From positions 5,328,472-5,392,471 of the forward strand of contig CAVNZM010000003.1 of NCBI GenBank assembly GCA_963693365.1: DNA of 64,000 nt. The letters run 5' to 3'. This stretch comes from Amoebidium appalachense. Its lineage: Eukaryota; Protista; Ichthyosporea. The translations under genes and the position numbers were made by a program. Below are positions 25,588-64,000 of this stretch, piece by piece (position 1 is the stretch's first letter; each line of letters begins with the position of its first letter). The notes below the pieces were generated by a model, which was not told the origin of the DNA, made no database searches, and saw only the letters and a list, made by a program, of their open reading frames with translations.

Positions 25588-25872
25588 TTAAGGAAACCAC
25601 ATTCCCATATAAGGAAACCACATTTCCAAATAAGGAAACCACACTTGCCATATACGGTAACCACATTGCCATATAAGGAATCCACATTGCCATAAAAGGA
25701 ATCCACATTGCTATATAAGGAATCAACTTTTCATATAAGGAGTCTGCCATATAAGGAATCAACTTTCATATAAGGAGTCCACATTGCCATCTAAGGAATC
25801 CACATTGCCATATAAGGAAATCGCACTGCCATATAAGGAATCCACTTCGCCGTACATTGCCATATTTAGCCA
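25588..25872. repeat. ~21-bp minisatellite (aaggaatccacattgccatat) just past the PRPF6 stop codon
   Basis: About 13 degenerate units visible. Confidence 0.9.
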
Positions 25873-25876
25873 TAAT

Positions 25877-50645
<24,769 letters not shown>

Positions 50646-51240
50646 TTTCGCTACCTTTCCTCCGACAAGTCTAGGTAAATGCTTTGCTTTCCCCACCCGG
50701 CCTCTGGTTTTCCCAAAACGTAACTGCAGTAATCTACTTTTTGTAACACACTCAAATTTCGGACTAGGGATAGCCTACATTGCGTAACGTCGTGTAACAG
50801 TTTTATGAGATTTACAGGTAGCATTGAGTCGTTGATGACGCCATAAGTGTGGACTAGAGAGGAGGAAGCCTTCACGTTTGCGCAAACGCCTGGATTTGCG
50901 GCCCCGGGCCGCCGGCAGCCTGAGACTGAGACCGTCAAGACTTGTGTTGAACACCCGGCTACAAAAAAATATACTGAGCTAGACTTTGTTCTGCGGGAGG
51001 AACAACTCTCTTCCTTTCCAGTTCTAGTAACTTTCCTTGCATAGAAGAGGCTTCTTCAAGCACGTTAACTTATACTACCGTTTACATTTATAGGTTCATG
51101 TTGTTTCAGTTCGTAGTGCTAAAGGCGAAAATACAACTACACAAACATAACGCCTTGGTAATCAAAAGACAATTCTTTTTCTGCCTTATCTTCACTATCT
51201 CTACACGCTTCATCGCCACAATTTTACGCAACAGTTAAAC
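50646..51240. promoter_or_regulatory. Probable bidirectional promoter / 5' UTRs of PRPF6 and the cyclin gene
   Basis: 595 bp, repeat-free, between divergent ATGs at 50645 (-) and 51241 (+). Confidence 0.65.
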
Positions 51241-58918
<7,678 letters not shown>

Positions 58919-59749
58919 GATATGGTTTAAGTCCCTTAACTGCAAATATTTCGGTTTCCTTCCGTCTTTTTTATTTTGTTTGTTTGTTTGGGTGGGTGGG
59001 TGGGTGGGGGGGGGGGGGGGGGGGGGGGTTGTCTTCAAAACATGTGGTTTGACCACTATCCACTGTCGACACATGCAGGTTATAATACTGTGGGCCTTGT
59101 GAGTTATGGGTTTAAAAAAACAGGAACCCTAACATGGTACGAAAGACAGTGTGCAAATACATCACACTTGCCTTTGATTGCATGAGATTTTCAGAAATAG
59201 ATGACTATTTATGTCCACTACATTTTCTGGTGCATGACGAAAAGAGGCCGTAGAATTCTGGGCTGGCCTGGGACGTGTACGGGTTGGAATTGTTCTCCTT
59301 TTTTGCTACTTCTAATGTCACTCCTTCCATATGTATGAAATGTGGGCATATTACAATTTCGCACCTGCTGCAGAAATTTAACTGTTCGTGCCTGGAGATT
59401 TCGACCGTGACAATGAAGTGCTCCGCCTGATCATGACCATACACAACACAAGTAAGGCAGACGAGTCAGTCAGACCATTCAATCATTCAAGTTTGTGTTA
59501 CGGTCACTTCCGTCCAATAATAAACGATACACTTCAAATATGATATTTCACAATCTGGAACGTACGTAAAAGTATAGATAAAATCCAGGACCGTTTTTTA
59601 GCAGCTAAATTTAGGTTTTATTTGTGGAATTTATTGACATAAATATTTTTTCTGGGTAAACACGTAGGATGGGTGTTCGGTATCAACATAACCATGTAGG
59701 CTTCGTTTCGTGTTTTAGCAGTTCGCGGTTGGCTGCCCGCACACGGGCA

Positions 59750-59880
59750 CCTATTAGCCAATCAAAACATCAGATTCCACATATCACTAGACCGAGTTTC
59801 GATTGGCTCGGATCAGATTTCACATATCACTAGATCGATTTTTGATTGGCTCAAATCGGTAGGCTTAGGTATATAAGCAC
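59750..59880 (+). promoter_or_regulatory. Putative promoter of the retrotransposon (CCAAT boxes plus TATA)
   Basis: CCAAT at ~59758, ATTGG at ~59802 and ~59845, duplicated atcagatt..cacatatcactaga, TATATAA at 59870, ~120 bp before the gag ATG. Confidence 0.55.
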
Positions 59881-59995
59881 GACAGTTTTTAGCAGATCAG
59901 CAAGCTACAAACACATCTTCTGTGTTTAGCACTCACAGCCTTACAGCTATATATTCCTTTTTTCATTCTCCCTATCTTTCTCTCCGCCGGTCAGC

Positions 59996-61165
59996 ATGCC
60001 GCCGAAAAAACGCCAGGCCTCAGCCACCGCCCCTGCCGCGGCACCTAAGCGCCTAACCCGCAGCGACCTCCGCCACAGGCTGACCAACGCTCCCGCGGGC
60101 CCTGACGCGCCTCCGGAGGCCCAATGGCATACCACCACGGACCCTCCGGCTACTCTCCCTTCTACTCCTGAAGTCCCTCCTCAGGCCCCGCCGTCCCCGC
60201 CGATGACTTCTCAAGACGCTGTCCTTGCCGCCCTCACCGCCATCAGCACCCAGATGGCTGGCGTCCTGGCCGCTCTCACCAACCGCGACCCTCCCGCGCC
60301 CCCTGCCGCACCCCCTGCACCCGGGGAGGTTTCCCCGGGACTGCATCTCGGCCCTGACCTGGACCTACCTGCCCTGCCCGCGCCCGCCATTACAGGTGAG
60401 AACACTGGCGACATTCAGCCGGGCACACTGCCGCTTCCCCCCGCGGATGTGCTGGCAGATTTGCGCGCCAATCGTTTTGTCGACCTGTATAAGTTCACCC
60501 CCGCAGCCCTCCTGGCCCCATCCAAGAAAGGTCAACAGCTGCGCATGGCCGACGACGGCAGCATCGAGGCTTTTCGCAATGACAAACCCGTTCCCCTGCG
60601 TTCACTCGTCATTTGGATCCAAGCTTGGGCCCATTACATGGCCGCCAAGCACCACCTCGACCTCCCCACGGACAAGGACGTACTTTGGACTCAGCACATC
60701 ACTCGCCTCAGCAACCGATACCCGTGGGCCCAGATCCACAACTATGACGTGTACGCCCGTACCGTTGCCCACCAGCAGGGTCGGGCTCCGATCGAGTGTC
60801 CCAACCTGCTCGCCCAACTCCACCAGGATCTCCTCCTGCCACCCACTCTGCTCATCCCGGACGCATGTCAGCGCTGTGGCTTCCCCGACCACCCCAGCGC
60901 GGCCTGCCCCATGTACCCCAAGCCCGGCTTTGGTCTTGACGGCTTCAAGCCGCCCCACAAGCCCGGCGGGGGCCAAAACCCCAACCGCCCTGGCCCGCAA
61001 CCCGGCCCGGCAAAACCGGCCCGACCCGTGGATCTACCCGCGACGCACTGCAGGAATTTCCACATTAACGGTCGGTCCTGCGCTAAGCAGCCCTGCCCCT
61101 TCTCCCACGTGTGCCCGCTCTGCTCTGGCACACACCCCCGCAAAGACTGCAAGCACAATGCCTAG
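59996..61165 (+). CDS. Gag-like ORF1 with CCHC, CCCH and CCHC zinc fingers
   Basis: CQRCGFPDHPSAAC; CRNFHINGRSCAKQPCPFSH; CPLCSGTHPRKDC. Confidence 0.88.
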   Translation: MPPKKRQASATAPAAAPKRLTRSDLRHRLTNAPAGPDAPPEAQWHTTTDPPATLPSTPEVPPQAPPSPPMTSQDAVLAALTAISTQMAGVLAALTNRDPPAPPAAPPAPGEVSPGLHLGPDLDLPALPAPAITGENTGDIQPGTLPLPPADVLADLRANRFVDLYKFTPAALLAPSKKGQQLRMADDGSIEAFRNDKPVPLRSLVIWIQAWAHYMAAKHHLDLPTDKDVLWTQHITRLSNRYPWAQIHNYDVYARTVAHQQGRAPIECPNLLAQLHQDLLLPPTLLIPDACQRCGFPDHPSAACPMYPKPGFGLDGFKPPHKPGGGQNPNRPGPQPGPAKPARPVDLPATHCRNFHINGRSCAKQPCPFSHVCPLCSGTHPRKDCKHNA

Positions 61166-61532
61166 TCTACGCGCACACACACAGATAGAACATAGGGGCT
61201 CGGAGCTAGGACACACGGGTACAAGGAAACGGAGCTCGGGAAAACGGGCCAATAGGGCTGAGTACAAATTTTCGCAGGCCAACTACGGCGCCCGCGCGCG
61301 CCAAGAATAAATGTCCCTACACAAAGACGTTATTCTGGCCACTGCACATAATTTTACTCCCCCCCCCCCATCCCACGAGCCTCCCCTCCCCTGGCACTCA
61401 CCTAGCACTCCCTCCCCCCCCCTTCTTCTACCTCTGTGTCCGCCCACACCCGCGCGTGCTCGGGCTTCCCCTGCACAGGGCCCCGCTGCCCTCCCTGCAA
61501 ACCCTCCCTCGGGCCCAGCTGCCCTACTCTAA

Positions 61533-63269
61533 CCCCCCCGGGGCCCTGCTGCCCCCCTCCCCCTCCCCCCCCCCCCCCCCCCGCTGCCGGGACCTCCCTG
61601 AGGGTGCCCCACCCTTGCTAACCACACCTTCCCCCGAGGCTCAGACCCGGAGGCCCGCCCGCTGCCCCAGCACCACATTGACACCTCCCGCCTCCGGGAG
61701 CTGCTGGCATCCTACCCAGACCAATCATTCGCCGCACAGCTCCTCCACGATGTCGAATTTGGTGTCGACATCGGCTACCGCGGCCCCTCCACCTCTCGGG
61801 TGGGCCCCAACCTACCCACCACCCCGGCTGCTGCTGCCGCTATCACGGCGGATATTGCCAACGAAGTCGCCCTCGGCCACCTGCGCGGCCCCCTCTCCCC
61901 GGACCAATTCTTCGCCGAATTTCCGGTCCACCGTTCCTCCCCCATCGGCGCCGTTACTAAAAAAGGGAACCCCCCCAAGTACCGTCGAATTCACCACCTC
62001 TCATGGCCCCGGGGCAGCAGCGTCAATGACAGCGTCACCTACCCCGACGAACTTCAGTACATTCGAGCACGGGACGTCACCCAGCTCATTCTCGACGCAG
62101 GCCCCGGCTGCTACATGGCCGTGGCAGACGTGCAGGCTGCCTTCCGGCACATGCCCATCCGACCAGAAGACCATCACTTAATGGCATTCAGATGGCAGGG
62201 GCATTTTTACGTTGACACCCGACTGCCCTTCGGCCTGAAATCTAGCCCAGCCATCTGGGAACGGATCGCGGCCACCCTCCAGTGGCTGGCACACCAGCAC
62301 GGTGTTACCCTCATCCGCCACTACGTAGACGACTGGATTATAGTCGCCCCCACCCAAGAGCAGTGCCAACGTCACCTATCCACCTTCCTGCAACTCTGCC
62401 GAGAGCTGCACATTGCCATCTCCGAAGACAAGATGCAGGGCCCGGCTACCCGTATTGTCTTCATCGGTATCGAATTCGACTCCGTCACCATGGAGGCACG
62501 GATCCCTGCTTCCAAACTCTCGGACCTACTCGACCTCACTTCCCACCCAACACCCACCATCACCATTCGGGACCTGCAATCCCTCCTCGGAAAACTCACC
62601 TGGTGTGCCCAGCTGGTCCCCCCCGGGCGGGCCTTCTCCCAGCGCCTATGGGCCCTTCTCCGAAAACACCCACACCTTGCCGGGCACCACCACATACGGC
62701 TGTCTGCTGCCGCCCGGGCAGACATAACCGAATGGCACCAGTTCCTCACATCATGGAATGGGGTGCACCTTATCACCCCCCCCACATACACCACCCTGGC
62801 CACCGATGCTGCCGGTGTAATCCGTGGGTCTAGGGGGCCACTGGCTCGACCAATGGTTTTTCATGCCCTGGTCTCCCCCGACCCAAGCCCTCTATACTCA
62901 TGAGGGTAAACTCGGTTCCTCCGTCATCGAACTCTTGGCCATCGCAGCCGCCGTGGCCCTCTGGGCCCCCTCCTGGTCCACCCACCATGTCCGTATTTTA
63001 TGCGACAACACGGGTGCTGTGTCTGACCGCACTCCCGGTCTTCCCCCCACCCCGTGATGGCCAAACTTATTCGGTTCATCACCCGCATGGAAATGCAATA
63101 CCAATTTACGTTACAGGCCTCCTACCTACCGGGACCCCTCAACCATCTAGCCGATGCCATTTCTCGTAACCAACTTCCCCGAGCCCGACGACTCCGACCT
63201 TCCCTGCAACCGGAGCCCTGCCCCTTCCCCTCCTGGGTCCACGAGTTCCTATCCTATCCCCTGGGCTAA
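61533..63269 (+). pseudogene. Reverse transcriptase-RNase H (pol), frameshifted
   Basis: GVDIGYRGP, KYRRIHHLSWP, ADVQAAFR, LPFGLKSSP, YVDD; RNase H motifs ATDAA / IELLAI / CDNTGAV / NHLADAISR are split over three frames (shifts ~62825 and ~63040). True start probably nearer 61311, across poly-C. Confidence 0.88.
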
Positions 63270-64000
63270 CCCCCCCCCCCCCCCCCCCCCCCCCAGATCT
63301 CCCCTTCCGGAGCAACGCCGGCAGATTGGCCCCCCACTTTGCTCCGGCCGAGCTGCTTCGAGCCACCACTACCCTGCAGGAATGCCAGGCCCTGAGTCTC
63401 AACCTCGACTCTCGGGCCTTTTACTCCCGGGTGCAAAAAGTGTTCATCGATTTTTGTGTGGCATCTCGGCTGCAGTCCTCCTCCGGGTCCTACCTCCCGG
63501 CCTCCCCACACACCGTGCAGCTCTTTCTCGCCTGGTGTGCCCAACGAGGGGTACAGGCCTCTTCCTTGGCCGGCTACAATTCGGCCATCACCAGACTCCA
63601 CCTCGACATGGGCCTCCCTGCTCCCTACCCCCACGACAAGTCTCTGGCCTGGTTCCTACGAGGGGTGGGCAGATGGCAGCTTTCTCACAACATCCGGCCC
63701 CGATCATCTACCAGGGAGCCCCTCCTGCCCTCCCACCTCAGCCTACTCCATGGCCAGTGCCCCACCAAGGCCTCCTCGGCCAATCTCCGGCTATGGACGG
63801 TCCTCATCGTCGGTTTTTGTGGTCTCCTCCGTTCGGGGGAATTTACCTCCAAGACCCTGACTTCCTTCGACCCGTCCCGTCACGTTAAAAGGAAGGACGT
63901 GACCTTCAGCTACACCCCCTCCGGTACTTTGTCCCATGCCACCCTCCACCTGCCAACCTCCAAGACGGATGTACAGGCCCAAGGTGTCAACGTCACTCTC
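63154..64000 (+). CDS. Tyrosine recombinase (partial; apparent frameshift in poly-C ~63270-63294)
   Basis: Frame open to the window end: VQLFLAW, YNSAITRLH, FLRGVGR, VGFCGLLRSGEF, LHLPTSKTDVQAQG. Confidence 0.88.

Larger units (their letters stand above)
59700..64000 (+). mobile_element. DIRS-order tyrosine-recombinase retrotransposon (Ngaro-like), runs off the window; 5' boundary approximate
   Basis: Intronless gag, RT/RNase H and YR in order, with the YR frame overlapping the RNase H end. Confidence 0.93.

Noticed and set aside
60225-61310. 361-aa ORF overlapping gag
   Set aside because: Alternative frame of C-rich DNA, Pro/Ser/Thr-rich with no motif.

Overview
Intron-dense eukaryotic DNA in which introns are dominated by (GT)n/(CA)n, (GA)n/(TC)n and poly-G/poly-C tracts, so most ORFs in the track are repeat artefacts. 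By splicing exons by hand I recover five genes: a 5'-truncated MAP kinase kinase (+, containing a clear U12-type intron), an intronless membrane-anchored MACPF/EGF gene (-), YbeY (+), a 28-exon PRPF6/Prp6 (-) and a cyclin K/T (+, head-to-head with PRPF6). The window ends in a frameshifted DIRS-order (Ngaro-like) tyrosine-recombinase retrotransposon. The most striking candidate is a dispersed intronic repeat family. Every copy is sense to its host gene and sits beside poly-C. Its ~160-nt core shows compensatory base changes between subfamilies and carries all three hammerhead-ribozyme core strands in an order that is not a type I/II/III permutation. Other oddities are introns bracketed by complementary microsatellites that also supply the splice sites, ladders of decayed exon-end copies inside introns, and sense-strand arrays of branch-point-like motifs. 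All homology calls come from motif recognition, not database searches. Homopolymer lengths may be assembly errors.
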